Origin: Eledone cirrhosa | Lineage: Eukaryota | DNA: 64,000 bases | NCBI GenBank assembly: GCA_964016885.1 | Contig: OZ024766.1 | Coordinates: 1,240,001 to 1,304,000, forward strand | Direction of reading: 5' to 3' | Part shown: positions 1 through 13,470 of the stretch, one piece after another | How positions within the stretch are numbered: position 1 is the stretch's first letter | How the letters are laid out: each line of letters begins with the position of its first letter | Notes under the pieces: model-generated | What the model saw: the letters and a program-made list of their open reading frames with translations, nothing else | Database searches by the model: none | Told to the model about the DNA's origin: nothing | Program-made: the position numbers and the translations under genes

Positions 1-1380
1 TACACGTGTTCATACAGGAGATAAGCCATATCACTGTGATATCTGTGGTAAATCATTCACTACAGATAGTAGCCTAACATCTCACAAACGTATTCACACT
101 GGAGAGCAGCCATACCACTGTGATATCTGTGGTAAATCATTCTCTGTAAATAGTAACTTCGCTGCTCATAAACGCACTCATACAGGAGAGAAACCACATC
201 AGTGTGATATCTGTGGTACATCCTTCTCTCAAAAAGAGCAGTTAAATAGACACAAGCGTATTCACACAGGAGAGAAGCCACATCACTGTGATATCTGTGG
301 TAAATCTTTCACTAGAACTACTGGATTGACTTTGCACAAACGTATTCATACAGGAGAGAAGCCATTTGACTGTGATGTCTGTGGTAAATCATTCTCTCAG
401 TTGAGTAGCGTAACAATTCACAAACGTGTTCACACTGGAAAGTAGCCATACCACTGACATCTGTGGTAAATCATTCTCTGTTAGGTAACTTAACTGTACA
501 CAAACGTATTCACACCCGAGACAAGCCATATCACTGGAATGACTCTCCAGTGATTCTTTCCTGAGACATTCTAACCACATGCCCATAGTACAGGGTTGCT
601 ATTTAAATTAAAATCTTGCAACACAAGTCATGTTAAGTTACAATCTTTTTAATGAAATAATAATTTTAGCAGACCCAGCTCTGGGAATGTTAAATAAAAC
701 CACCCAGTTGAAAGGGTTCCTATTTAGATTGATATCTTTAGATATAGTTTTATATCAGAAGTAAATGTTAACTTACTATCTTAGTAATGTAATAATTTTA
801 GTAAATTATTTAATTGCAATACAGGGTTCCTATTTAATATAAGAACCTTCATTAAGTTACTTTCTTAGTAATGAAATAAATTTTACTAAACTCCTCCAGA
901 TTTGTCATTAATTAATTGAAATAGAGTGTATTTAATTAGAAATAAGGTGAGAAAAGGCTCAAACCTAGCTCTCCAGAATATCAGCTCTTTATCTGTATAT
1001 TTATATCAACAGAACTGTGAACCCCAGTATTGTAGGTTCTAATCTCACTACTGTTTGTAAATATTAAAAATAAACTGAAATTTCAACAAAACTATTTCTT
1101 CAAATATTCTTTTATTTTGTATGTGTGGCTTAGTGGTTAGGTTGTGGGACTTTCAATGATGGGGATGAGAGTTTCATTCCTTGACTGGGTTGTTAATTTA
1201 TTTTTCAGCAGGGCACGTCCTTACATGTTATTTCTCATGATAGGACTAGGGTCCCTATTGTTAAAACACTTAAGAATCCTCATTGGGATACAACCTTGTA
1301 AGAGGTCAGTTAGACCTTCCTAAGTGAGAGCTGTAACATATATATGATAGGACGGGGTCATGTATCTTAAAAACACTTGT
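1..1380 (+). repeat. Segmental duplication copy 1 (matches 7106-8481)
   Basis: Near-identical ZNF tail, 3' UTR with AATAAA at ~1069 and SINE remnant; similarity ends after aaacacttgt at 1380/8481. Confidence 0.95.
2..445 (+). CDS. 3' end of a tandem C2H2 zinc-finger gene (partial, 5 complete fingers), paralog of 5421-7550
   Basis: Frame from base 2 reads [19 protein letters not shown]...HKRVHTGK* with TAG at 443-445; aligns to 7107-7550 at offset 7105. Confidence 0.85.
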   Translation, partial: TRVHTGDKPYHCDICGKSFTTDSSLTSHKRIHTGEQPYHCDICGKSFSVNSNFAAHKRTHTGEKPHQCDICGTSFSQKEQLNRHKRIHTGEKPHHCDICGKSFTRTTGLTLHKRIHTGEKPFDCDVCGKSFSQLSSVTIHKRVHTGK

Positions 1381-1810
1381 AAAATCTATGAGGACAGCTA
1401 AATCTATAAAGGTGTGCGGTAACAATATGATTGAAATGAGATTCCCTAACCTTAAAACAGCCAAGAAATCTCATTTGAGATGCAGCTACACCTACATTGG
1501 TGTGTTGTAAGAACAGGATAGGATTAGGGGCCCTCTCATTAAGTTGAGAAACCTCATAGAAGGTCAGTTGATGGGACTTGCACCAGCTAACCGATACGGG
1601 TGTGTGTTGTAATTAAAATATGAGAGGACTGGACTCCCTATCATTAAAACACCTGAGAAACCTCGTATAAGAGACAATCTTTACAGAGGCCAGCTACATA
1701 TACTTAACTGTTGTAACAACATGAGAGAACTGGGGTCTCCTATCATTAAAACACCAGAGACCTCATGGAAGGCCAGCTAACCCTACATAGGTGTATACTG
1801 GAACATGATA
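1237..1810 (+). repeat. Degenerate ~95-110 bp tandem repeat
   Basis: Motif atgataggact(g)gggtccctatc/tt..aaaacac recurs at ~1237, 1345, 1425, 1517, 1620, 1721; the same motif lies inside SINE A. Confidence 0.6.
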
Positions 1811-2599
1811 TACAACCTGTAAGGATAAATAAGTAGGTAAACAACCCCATTAATGTGTTGATGAAGGATCAAGAAACCTTTAAAAGGGGTCATTGATTTT
1901 AATTTGGTGATGGGAATCCAGCTGTAGAAACTTGCCAAATAAAGAGTCGATAGAACCCTTAATCTGTATCAAAGACATGACAACTTCCCTAGTGTTGGTG
2001 ACGTGATATAATACACCCAGTGCACTCTGTAATGTGGTTGGTAATAGGAAGGGCATCTAGCCGTAGACACTATGCCAAGATAGAACAGATAAATGGAAGG
2101 TGTTTATCCTTCACAATACACATTTTGACATCTTGAAAAATGCTAGAAATAGTAGCAAAACATTCTCAATATGTCTTAGATAATGCTAATTATAGTGTTG
2201 TAAAAATTACACTTTACTATATATTCAATATATGACGTTCTCGTTGTAATCTACACACTCTAATGTGTATCTCTGACAATTTTCAATGCAAAATATAAAT
2301 TATTGAGAAAGTTATGAGGAAATAAATGTTGAAGCCTAACTATTTTTGAATCGAAATCAATTTTACTGCCAAATATTAGTCACGTAAGATTTTCTTCCCT
2401 TTGAACATTACGTAATTTTTTTTTTACCCTGCGCTAGGAATCGCACCTGGTCAGCCTACATGCTAGAAATAACAGCCCAATGTTCCTCTTTGTTTCGTCT
2501 TAACTTTCTTAATAATTCATTTTTTGTTCGTTTGTTTTTTTGCAACTAAATATATTTTATTAATAAAAATCAAAACAATGGTAAACAAATCTCAAATAA

Positions 2600-2905
2600 C
2601 AACAACACTCTTTTGTGAGGCTAAACTCCACCAAACAGGGAGTATGTTCAGTTATTATTACAACAATATGACCCTCCCAAGTATAACAATATTTGTTTCG
2701 ACACACGATTTCATATCAAAAACCTCGCAAAACAAATATATATTCCAAGGCTCTGATACCATCAACACTATAAACACAGAGCTGGCATATCTAAGAACTG
2801 ACTAACTGCCTGATGAGGTCATAGCCATTCAATGGCTATCATCGAAATATATATAGCAGTAAATAAAGGATTATAAGTTCATGCAATTGACTTATGTTTC
2901 GTCAC
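2600..2905 (+). mobile_element. Penelope-like element 3' remnant with hammerhead motif
   Basis: Degenerate peptide HDFISKTSQNKYIF resembles the Penelope ORF end (ELISxCxHxNKY) and is followed by a hammerhead; related pieces at 39130-39156, 40122-40152, 55440-55510 (minus). Confidence 0.5.
2805..2860 (+). ncRNA. Type I hammerhead ribozyme motif
   Basis: ACTGC-CTGATGA-GGTCATAGCCA/TTCAA/TGGCTATCATC-GAAA-TATATA-TA-GCAGT: intact core, stem I ACTGC/GCAGT, long stem II, self-complementary stem III. Confidence 0.8.
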
Positions 2906-3187
2906 TATATATATATATATACACACACATAGGGAAAAAGAGAGGATTTACGAATTTCAATGGCTTAAGAAAGAAAGCTAGCTCTATTTGTTTATTGTGA
3001 CAAGATACGAATCTGTGGCTAAAGAATAAAATAGATCAACGTTAATGGCGGAGAAAGGTGAAAAAATTTTTGAAATTTTTAATTTAACAACATGGAGATT
3101 ATTTCTTTGGTTGTTTAGTAAAATATAAGAAGACAACAAATTAATTACATGTGAAGAGGGTAAGTTTAGATTTACTTCAAGTCTATA

Positions 3188-3745
3188 ATAATTGTTTCAA
3201 CTTTAGGCACAACGCCAGTAATTTGTCTATAATAATGTGTAATAATTGTTTCTACTTTAGGCACAAGGCCAGCAATTATCCAGTACATTACTGGTACTGT
3301 ATTTTATCGACCCCGTAAGGATGAAAAGCAAAGTTAACCTGGGCGGGATTTGAACTCAGATCGTAAAGGGACGTAACTATGCTGGAAAGCATGGCGTCCG
3401 ACCCTCTACCGATACTGCCGATCCACCCTATAATAATTGTTTCTACTATTGGCACAAGGCCAGCAATTATTCAGTACATTACTGGTACTTTATTGATCTT
3501 TATTGTACGTTATTGATCCACCCTATAATAATGTGTGTAAATAATGGTTTCTAGTTATTGTACAAGGCCAGTAATTTGGGGTGAGGGGAAAGTTGATTAA
3601 TTCGAACCAGTGTATTACTGGTACTTCATTTTATCGACCCCCGTAATGATGAAAGGCAAAGTTAACTTCGGTGGGATTTGAACTCAGACCGTAAAGGGTT
3701 GTAACTATGCTGCGACTTTCTACCGATACTGCCAATCCACCACCT
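3188..3745 (-). mobile_element. Cluster of tRNA-derived SINE B copies
   Basis: Minus strand has TGGCAGTATCGGTAG (A-box-like), GAGTTCAAATC (B box) and core GCCTTTCATCCTTACGGGGTCGATAAAATAAAGTACCAG; many dispersed copies. Confidence 0.8.
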
Positions 3746-4189
3746 TATTGTTTGTAAATATAATTATGTGAACCTTTCAACGAAGGGCCTTGTTTCAGGA
3801 GCTACCAGGAGACAAGTCCCCTCCACTTTTTCAGGAACGGGACACAAACCCTCTTTTGTCTCCCCTAATCTTTCCCAATTTAGTCAAACGTCTATGTTTT
3901 ATATTTTGTTTATTTGATATAATAAATTCTTTTTAAACTTTTTTTTTTTAAATATCTGAACTTCATTTGAATATATAAAATTTAATTAGTGTAAAATGTT
4001 ACTTATGTGATAGGGTCCGGGGAAAATCTCCGTAAATAATACTAACATGCCCCTTTAAGGACCAACAAATGTTGGTTTGTCTCCCTCACATTTTGAAGGC
4101 AAACGAGACCCCTGCTTTCAATGATACAGTAATTATAGGATTTTGAGCTTTTAAAAATGATGAAAAGAATCGCCTAACCCTAACCCTTC

Positions 4190-4430
4190 TGTCATGACAC
4201 CAGCACTACCACATTTCAGAGTGTACTGTGTGTATTTTATCATGACACCAACACTATCACTTTACAGAATGTACTGGGTGTATTTTGTCATGACACCAGC
4301 ACTACTACTTTACAAAGTGTACTGGGTGTATTTTGTCATGACACCAGCACTTTACAGAGTGTACTGGGTGTATTTTGTCATGACTCCAGCACTTCCACTT
4401 TACAGAGTGTACTGGGTGTATTTTATTATG
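4190..4430. repeat. ~45-50 bp minisatellite, about 5 copies
   Basis: Unit catgacaccagcactaccactttacagagtgtactgggtgtattttgt; its reverse complement resembles the SINE A segment aaaaagcacccag..cactgtaaagtgg. Confidence 0.8.
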
Positions 4431-4435
4431 TATAT

Positions 4436-4843
4436 TTAACCCTTTAGCATTCACATTAATTTGTCAAATGTCATGTTTATCTGTTCACATTATTTGAAGA
4501 TAAATCACTAATATTGTCTTTTGATTCTTGTTTATTTTGAATGTCGTCGAGTGTAAAACCTTCAGAGTCGGTCCCACAACTTTCACAAGCCATGTTGATA
4601 CACACATAAAATCTGTTCTAATTTTAATGTTAAAAAAACACGTTGTTTCAAGTAGTTTCACTGTATTAAGTGTTAATTTTCGTGGTAAAGGCCTAATCTC
4701 GCAGTAATCTCGAATTGACGAGATTTTGATGACAGTATTGTTTATTTTGAGAATTTTAGTGTGGGTCTTGTTGGCTGGTTTTGGCCAGTTTGAACAAATA
4801 AAGGGGAAATAGTTCTGGCCGGTTTGAACATTAAAGTGTTTAA
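4436..4843. mobile_element. piggyBac-type MITE, decayed right end
   Basis: Starts TTAA-CCCTTTAGCATTCACATTA like 30710; ends ggccggtttgaacattaaagtgtttaa versus ggccggttttaacattaaagggttaa at 31084-31109. Confidence 0.6.
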
Positions 4844-5420
4844 CATATTTTCCAATTATAAATAGATATCTTAATGTCTTAAACTTTCCACTGTTGAATC
4901 TCTCCAGTTTAAGTTTCCTGTTTGTCTCATAGAGTTTCTTTATTATTTCAGAGTATCTCATGACATTGGCAGAAGATGACAGGTTTCACTTGAAAGGAAG
5001 ATACAGAACAGATATAACCCTGGTTATATAAATCTATCGTAGGAATTACTGGGAAATATTTCATCTAAACTGAGATAACAGCAGTTTTTCCACTTCATTT
5101 AATGGAATGTCTACAAGATAGTTTACTATGTTATTTAACTCTTAACTAAAGTATCATGGTGGACACAAACATCTAGAGTATCATCTCAATGACTGGTTAC
5201 ACAACTGAAGAGATCTTCAGTAAAATAATTCTAGAAAGGCTCACTAGTTTATAATTTCTGGTATTAAATACTAGTAAATTGAGTATTGTAGTGAGACAGA
5301 AATTGTGGAGGTATCAATCATTTGAGATTGATTTGTACCTTGAGAAAGGAACAAATAAGGAGAACCTGATACAACTGTGATATCTGTGGTAAATCATTCT
5401 CTGAAAGTACTGGATTAACT

Positions 5421-7550
5421 ATGCACAAACATAGTCGTACACGAGAGAAGCCATATCACTGTGATATCTGTGATAAATCATTCTATACAAAGAGTAACCT
5501 AAACACTCACAAACCTATTCATACAGGAGTGAAGCCATACCATTGTGATATCTGTGGAAAATCATTCTCAAGAAAAGAAGCCCTTATTTCTCACAAACGT
5601 ATTCACACAGGAGAGAAGCCATATCATTGTGATATCTGTGGTAAATCATTCTCTAGAAAGAGTGGCCTACCCAATCACAAACGTATTCATACCGGCGAGA
5701 AGCCACATCATTGTGATATCTGTGGTAAATCATTCACTACAAATTCTGAATTAACTAGACATAAACGTATTCATACCGGAGAAAAGCCGTATCGCTGTGA
5801 TATTTGTGGTAATTCATTCGCTACAAATACTGGATTAACTTCACACAAAAGATTTCATACAGGAGAGAAGCCATATCACTGTGACATCTGTGGTAAATCT
5901 TTCTCTGGAAATAGTAACCTAACATCTCACAAACGTACTCATACCGGAGAGAAGCCATATCAGTGTGACATCTGTGGTAAATCATTCTCTACAAATTCTG
6001 AATTAACTAGACATAAACGTACTCATACCGGAGAGAAGCCGTACCACTGTGATATCTGTGGTAAGTCATTCACTGTAGATACTGGATTATCTTCGCACAC
6101 ACGTATTCATACAGGCGAGAAGCCATATCATTGTGATATCTGTGGTAAATCATTCACTGTAGGTAGTGGATTAAGAGCACACAAACGTATACACACAGGA
6201 GAGAAACCATATCACTGTGATATCTGTGGTAAGTCATTCTCTCAAAATGGTGTATTGAAAGTTCACAAACGTATACACAGAGGAGAGAAGCCACACAGCT
6301 GTGATATCTGTGGTAAGTTATTCGCATCAAGTACTGGATTAACTAGACATAAACATATCCACACAGGAGAGAAGCCATACCACTGTGATATCTGTGGTAA
6401 GTCATTCTGTAGAAATGATGGATTAATTACGCACAAGCGGGCTCACACAGGAGAGAAGCCATGTCACTGTGATATCTGTGGTATGTCATTCTCCACAATT
6501 GCTAGCTTGACTAAACACAAACGTATTCATACTGGAGAGAAGCCATACCACTGTGCTATCTGTGGCAAATCATTCTCTCAAAATTCTGTGTTAATAACAC
6601 ACAAACGCATCCACACAGGAGAGAGGCCATATCACTGTGTTATCTGTGGTAAATCATTCTCTACAATTGGTGGTTTAAAGGAACACAAACAGATACATAC
6701 AGGAGAAAAGCCATACCACTGTGATATTTGTGGTAAATCATTTCTTACAAACAGAGTATTAACTAGACACAAACGTATTCATACAGGAGAGAAGCCATAT
6801 CACTGTGATATCTGTGGTAAATCATTCACACAAAATTCTGGGTTAACTGAACACAAGCGTACTCATACAGGAGAGAAGCCATATCATTGTGATATCTGCG
6901 GTAAATCATTCATTAGAAGTAGTCGGCTAAAAGCTCACAAATTTATTCATACTGGAGAGAAGCCATACCCCTGTAATATCTGTGGTAAATCATTCTCTAC
7001 AAATGCTGCATTATCTCAACATAAACTTGTTCACTCAGGGTTAAAGCGATACCGTTGTGACATCTGTGGTAAATCATTCAATTGTAGTGGTCATCTGACT
7101 ACTCACACACGTGTTCATACAGGAGATAAGCCATATCACTGTGATATCTGTGGTAAATCATTCACTACAGATAGTAGCCTAACATCTCACAAACGTATTC
7201 ACACTGGAGAGAAGCCATACCACTGTGATATCTGTGGTAAATCATTCTCTGTAAATAGTAACTTCGCTGCTCATAAACGCACTCATACAGGACAAAAGCC
7301 ACATCACTGTGATATCTGTGGTAAATCCTTCTCTGAAAAACACCTTTTAAATAGACACAAACGTATTCACACAGGAGAGAAACCACATCACTGTGATATC
7401 TGTGGTAAATCTTTCACTAGAACTACTGGATTGACTTCGCACAAACGTATTCATACAGGAGAGAAGCCATTTGACTGTGATGTCTGTGGTAAATCATTCT
7501 CTCAGTTGAGTAACCTAACAATTCACAAACGTGTTCACACTGGAGAGTAG
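5421..7550 (+). CDS. Tandem C2H2 zinc-finger protein, 25 fingers, no recognisable effector domain
   Basis: 709-aa ORF of 28-aa CxxC..F..L..HxxxH-TGEKP units. The start is uncertain because the ATG lies in a decayed upstream finger preceded by in-frame TGA at 5367. Confidence 0.9.
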   Translation: MHKHSRTREKPYHCDICDKSFYTKSNLNTHKPIHTGVKPYHCDICGKSFSRKEALISHKRIHTGEKPYHCDICGKSFSRKSGLPNHKRIHTGEKPHHCDICGKSFTTNSELTRHKRIHTGEKPYRCDICGNSFATNTGLTSHKRFHTGEKPYHCDICGKSFSGNSNLTSHKRTHTGEKPYQCDICGKSFSTNSELTRHKRTHTGEKPYHCDICGKSFTVDTGLSSHTRIHTGEKPYHCDICGKSFTVGSGLRAHKRIHTGEKPYHCDICGKSFSQNGVLKVHKRIHRGEKPHSCDICGKLFASSTGLTRHKHIHTGEKPYHCDICGKSFCRNDGLITHKRAHTGEKPCHCDICGMSFSTIASLTKHKRIHTGEKPYHCAICGKSFSQNSVLITHKRIHTGERPYHCVICGKSFSTIGGLKEHKQIHTGEKPYHCDICGKSFLTNRVLTRHKRIHTGEKPYHCDICGKSFTQNSGLTEHKRTHTGEKPYHCDICGKSFIRSSRLKAHKFIHTGEKPYPCNICGKSFSTNAALSQHKLVHSGLKRYRCDICGKSFNCSGHLTTHTRVHTGDKPYHCDICGKSFTTDSSLTSHKRIHTGEKPYHCDICGKSFSVNSNFAAHKRTHTGQKPHHCDICGKSFSEKHLLNRHKRIHTGEKPHHCDICGKSFTRTTGLTSHKRIHTGEKPFDCDVCGKSFSQLSNLTIHKRVHTGE

Positions 7551-8481
7551 ACATACCACTGATATCTGTGGTAAATCATTCTCTCAGTTAGGTAACTTAA
7601 CTGTACACAAACGTATTCACACCCAAGACAAGCCATATCACTGGAATGACTCTCCAGTGATTCTTTCCTGAGACATTCTAACCTAATGCCCATAGTACAG
7701 GGTTGCTATTTAAATTAAAATCTTGCAACACAAGTCATGTTAAGTTACAATCTTTTTAATGAAATAATAAAATTTAGCAGACCCAGCTCTGGGAATGTTA
7801 AATAAAACCACCCAGTTGAAAGGGTTCCTATTTAGATTGATATCTTTAGATATAGTTTTATATCAGAAGTAAATGTTAACTTACTATCTTAGTAATGTAA
7901 TAATTTTAGTAAATTATTTAATTGCAATACAGGGTTCCTATTTAATATAAGAACCTTCATTAAGTTACTTTCTTAGTAATGAAATAATTTTACTAAACTC
8001 CTCCAGATTTGTCATTAATTAATTAAAATACAGTGTATTTAATTAGAAATAAGGTGAGAAAAGGCTCAAACCTAGCTCTCCAGAATATCAGCTCTTTATC
8101 TGTATATTTATATCAACAGAACTGTGAACCCCAGTATTGTAGGTTCTAATCTCACTATTGTTTGTAAATATTAAAAATAAACTGAAATTTCAACAAAACT
8201 ATTTTTTCAAATATTCTTTTATTTTGTATGTGTGGCTTAGTGGTTAGGTTGTTGGACTTTCAATGATGAGAGTTTCATTCCTTGACTGGGTTGTTAATTT
8301 ATTTTTCAGCAGGGCACGTCCTTACATGTTATTTCTCATGATAGGGCTAGGGTCCCTATTGTTAAAACACTTGAGAATCCTCATTGGGATACAACCTTGT
8401 AAGAGGTCAGTTAGACCTTCCTAAGTGAGAGCTGTAACATATATATGATAGGACGGGGTCATGTATCTTAAAAACACTTGT
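7106..8481 (+). repeat. Segmental duplication copy 2 (matches 1-1380)
   Basis: Direct alignment at offset ~7105; truncated by an RTE fragment at 8482. Confidence 0.95.
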
Positions 8482-8945
8482 CCATCCAATGGAGCATGCT
8501 TGCTTCATTTCTCTCCAGCCGTCGCATATCCTCCGCAATTGCTGCCCATTTCTCACTACCATGCAGTATCGCGCATCTCACATAGTCATCATATAAGTGA
8601 CCTTTCATTCATAGGGAGAAACCCTTCTTTGTCAACAGAAGAAGCAACTCCCTAAATTTCTTCCAACCTGTCCTTATTCTAGATACTATGGCCTCGGAGC
8701 ACACCCCTCCCTTGCTAATCTGATCATCTTGATATCGGAAGCTATCAACCACCTCTGTAGATCCTACCTGCATTTGAAAATGTGTCTATCACTGCAACTT
8801 CTACTATCAAATTTCCCTGAACATCTGCTGCATATATAGTTTTCCCTTCCTGTTAGTTTGCCTGCTATCCCACTACATCTCCCGTGTACCCAATATCTGC
8901 ATTGCATACATTCTATAGAGTTTATGCCAACTACTTTTCTACATA
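8482..8945 (-). mobile_element. RTE-clade LINE ORF fragment
   Basis: Minus-strand peptides CRKVVGINSIECMQCRYWVHGRCSGI, RIRTGWKKFRELL and EDMRRLERNEASMLHWM, with stops and deletions. Confidence 0.8.
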
Positions 8946-8949
8946 TATA

Positions 8950-9740
8950 TTTTGACTTGGAGAAAGCCTTTGACAGAGTCCCCCTCTCCATTATCTGGTA
9001 GGCTCTTAGAAAACTAGGTGTAGATGAATGGCTTGTGAGAGCTATACAAGCCATGTATAAAGATAGTCAGCAAGGTTAGAATTAGTAATGAATATAGTGA
9101 AGAATTTAGCGTAAAAGTAGGTGTACATCAAGGCTCTGTCCTTAGTCCCCTCCAGGCTATAACAGGAGTTTAAGACCAGCTGCCCATGGGAACTCCTATA
9201 TGTAGATGATGTAACTCTCATAGCTGAATCTATGGCTGAACTAGAGAAGAAATTCCAAACATGGAAGCATGGCCTAGAATCAAAAGGCCTTAAAGTTAAC
9301 TTGTCTAGGACTAAAGTTCTAGTATGTAGAAAGGAAAATAGGGCACAGGTGCCCTCTGGGAAATGGCGATGCTCAGTGTGTAGGAAAGGAGTAGGTAGAA
9401 ATCCCATTCTATGCCACAAATGCAAGCTATGGGTACATAAAAGATGTAGTGGCATTACAGTGTGTAGGAAAGGAATAGGCAGAAATTCCATTTTATGTCC
9501 CAAATGCAAACTATGGGTACATAAAAGATGTAGTGGGATCACAGGTAAACTATCTAAGAACATAGATTTTATATGTGGCCGATGTTCAGGTGCAGTAAGT
9601 AGCAAGGGTCCACAGGATACGAGCTCCTTCTATTGCCCAGATGATTCTATAAAATAGTGGACACCTTCCGTTACCTGGGTGACAAAATCAGCAGTGGTGG
9701 AGGGTGTTCTGAAAGAACAGTAGCCACAGTCAGAACGGTG
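8950..9740 (+). mobile_element. RTE-clade LINE reverse transcriptase fragment with Cys-rich PHD-like insert
   Basis: DLEKAFDRVP, GVHQGSVLSP, ELLYVDD, GLKVNLSRTKVL, then CSVCRKGVGRN..CxxCxxWVHKRCSG..CGRC; disrupted by stops and frameshifts. Confidence 0.9.
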
Positions 9741-9787
9741 GTTTCGTTCCACTTTTTGGATACATCCAATCTTGAATAAATCAACAT

Positions 9788-12700
9788 ATATCTGGGACAG
9801 ATGTTGTTACATACAGACAACCTTGACCACATTACAGTACTGCTACCACATCTGGGACAGTGTTGTTACACACAGACATCCTAGACCACATTACAGTACT
9901 GCTACCATATCTGGGACAGATGTTGTTACATACAGACAACCTTGACCACATTACAGTACTGCTACCACATCTGGGACAGTGTTGTTGTTACATACAGACA
10001 TCCTAGACCACATTACAGTACTGCTACCACATCTGGGACAGTGTTGTTACATACAGACATCCTAGACCACATTACAGTACTGCTACCACATCTGGGGCAG
10101 GGTTGTTACATACAGACATCCTAGACCACATTACAGTACTGCTACCACATCTGGGACAGTGTTGTTACATACAGACATCCTAGACCACATTACAGTACTG
10201 CTACCACATCTGGGGCAGGGTTGTTACATACAGACATCCTAGACCACATTACAGTACTGCTACCACATCTGGGACAGATCTTGTTACGTACAGATATCCT
10301 AGACCACATTACAGTACTGCTCCCACATCTGGGACAGATGTTGTTACATACAGACATCCTAGACCACATTACAGTACTGCTACCACATCTGGGACAGTGT
10401 TGTTACATACAGACACCCTAGACCACATTACAGTACTGCTACCACATCTGGGACAGTGTTGTTACATACAGACACCCTAGACCACATTACAGTACTGCTA
10501 CCACATCTGGGACAGTGTTGTTACATACAGACATCCTAGACCACATTACAGTACTGCTACCACATCTGGGACAGTGTTGTTACATACAGACATCCTAGAC
10601 CACATTACAGTACTGCTACCACATCTGGGACAGTGTTGTTACATACAGACATCCTAGACCACATTACAGTACTGCTACCACATCTGGGACAGATGTGGTT
10701 ACATACAGACATCCTAGACCACATTACAGTACTGCTACCACATCTGGGACAGATGTGGTTACATACAGACATCCTAGACCACATTACAGTACTGCTACCA
10801 TCTGGGACAGATGTTGTTACATACAGACATCCTAGACCACATTACAGTATTGCTACCACATCTGGGACAATGTTGTTACATACAGACATCCTAGACCACA
10901 TTACAGTACTGCTACCACATCTGGGGCAGGGTTGTTACATACAGACATCCTAGACCACATTACAGTACTGCTACCACATCTGGGACAGATCTTGTTACAT
11001 ACAGATATCCTAGACCACATTACAGTACTGCTACCACATCTGGGACAGATGTTGTTACATACAGACATCCTAGACCACATTACAGTACTGCTACCACATC
11101 TGGGACAGATCTTGTTACATACAGATATCCTAGACCACATTACAGTACTGCTACCACATCTGGGACAGATGTTGTTACATACAGATATCCTAGACCACAT
11201 TACAGTACTGCTACCACATCTGGGACAGATGTTGTTACATACAGACATCCTAGACCACATTACAGTACTGCTACCACATCTGGGACAGATCTTGTTACAT
11301 ACAGATATCCTAGACCACATTACAGTACTGCTACCACATCTGGGACAGATCTTGTTACATACAGATATCCTAGACCACATTACAGTACTGCTACCACATC
11401 TGGGACAGATGTTGTTACATACAGACATCCTAGACCACATTACAGTACTGCTACCACATCTGGGACAGATCTTGTTACATACAGATATCCTAGACCACAT
11501 TACAGTACTGCTACCACATCTGGGACAGTGTTGTTACATACAGACATCCTAGACCACATTACAGTACTGCTACCATATCTGGGGCAGGATTGTTACATAC
11601 AGACACCCTAGACCACATTACAGTACTGCTACCACATCTGGGACAGTGTTGTTACATACAGACATCCTAGACCACATTACACTACTGCTACCATATCTGG
11701 GACAGATGTTGTTACATACAGATATCCTAGACCACATTATAGTACTGCTACCACATCTGGGACAGTGTTGTTACATACAGACATCCTAGACCACATTACA
11801 GTATTGCTACCACATCTGGGACAGATGTTGTTACATACAGACATCCTAGACCACATTACAGTACTGCTACCATATCTGGGACAGATGTTGTTACATACAG
11901 ACATCCTAGACCACATTACAGTACTGCTACCACATCTGGGACAGTGTTGTTACATACAGACATCCTAGACCACATTACAGTACTGCTACCATATCTGGGA
12001 CAGATGTTGTTACATACAGACATCCTAGACCACATTACAGTACTGCTACCACATCTGGGACAGATGTTGTTACATACAGACAACCTTGACCACATTACAG
12101 TACTGCTACCACATCTGGGACAGATGTGGTTACATACAGACAACCTTGACCACATTACAGTACTGCTACCACATCTGGGACAGTGTTGTTGTTACATACA
12201 GACATCCTAGACCACATTACAGTACTGCTACCATATCTGGGGCAGGGTTGTTACATACAGACATCCTTGACCACATTACAGTACTGCTACCACATCTGGG
12301 ACAGTGTTGTTACATACAGACATCCTAGACCACATTACAGTACTGCTACCACATCTGGGGCAGGGTTGTTACATACAGACATCCTAGACCACATTACAGT
12401 ACTGCTACCATATCTGGGGCAGGGTTGTTGTTACATACAGACATCCTAGACCACATTACAGTACTGCTACCACATCTGGGACAGTGTTGTTACATACAGA
12501 CATCCTAGACCACATTACAGTACTGCTACCACATCTGGGACAGTGTTGTTACATACAGACATCCTAGACCACATTACAGTACTGCTACCACATCTGGGAC
12601 AGTGTTGTTGTTACATACAGACATCCTAGACCACATTACAGTACTGCTACCACATCTGGGACAGTGTTGTTACATACAGACATCCTAGACCACATTACAG

Positions 12701-13470
12701 TACTGCTACCACATCTGGGGCAGTGTTGTTACATACAGACATCCTAGACCACATTACAGTACTGCTACCACATCTGGGACAGTGTTGTTACATACAGACA
12801 TCCTAGACCACATTACAGTACTGCTACCATATCTGGGACAGATGTTGTTACATACAGACAACCTTGACCACATTACAGTACTGCTACCACATCTGGGACA
12901 GTGTTGTTACATACAGACATCCTAGACCACATTACAGTACTGCTACCACATCTGGGGCAGGGTTGTTACATACAGACATCCTAGACCACATTACAGTACT
13001 GCTACCATATCTGGGACAGATGTTACATACAGACATCCTTGACCACATTACAGTACTGCTACCACATCTGGGACAGTGTTGTTACATACAGACATCCTAG
13101 ACCACATTACAGTACTGCTACCACATCTGGGGCAGGGTTGTTACATACAGACATCCTAGACCACATTACAGTACTGCTACCATATCTGGGGCAGGGTTGT
13201 TACATACAGACATCCTAGACCACATTACAGTACTGCTACCACATCTGGGACAGTGCTGTTACATACAGACATCCTAGACCACATTACAGTACTGCTACCA
13301 TATCTGGGACAGATGTTGTTACATACAGACATCCTAGACCACATTACAGTACTGCTACCACATCTGGGACAGATGTTGTTACATACAGACATCCTAGACC
13401 ACATTACAGTACTGCTACCATATCTGGGACAGTGTTGTTACACAGATATCATAGACATTAGAGTACTGCT
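9788..13470. repeat. 59-62 bp tandem satellite, roughly 60 copies
   Basis: Unit catctgggacagatgttgttacatacagacatcctagaccacattacagtactgctacca, head-to-tail with no unique spacers. Confidence 0.97.

Noticed and set aside
4175-4186. Telomeric (TAACCC)2
   Set aside because: Only two units; not an interstitial telomere array.
4485-4961. 158-aa minus-strand ORF
   Set aside because: AT-rich, overlaps a MITE, no recognisable motif.
9788-13470. CRISPR array or repeat-protein ORFs; the minus frame CPRCGSSTVMWSR resembles a zinc ribbon such as the NrdD C-terminus
   Set aside because: No unique spacers and no cas genes; 59- and 62-bp variants break the frame frequently, so the peptide similarity is coincidental.
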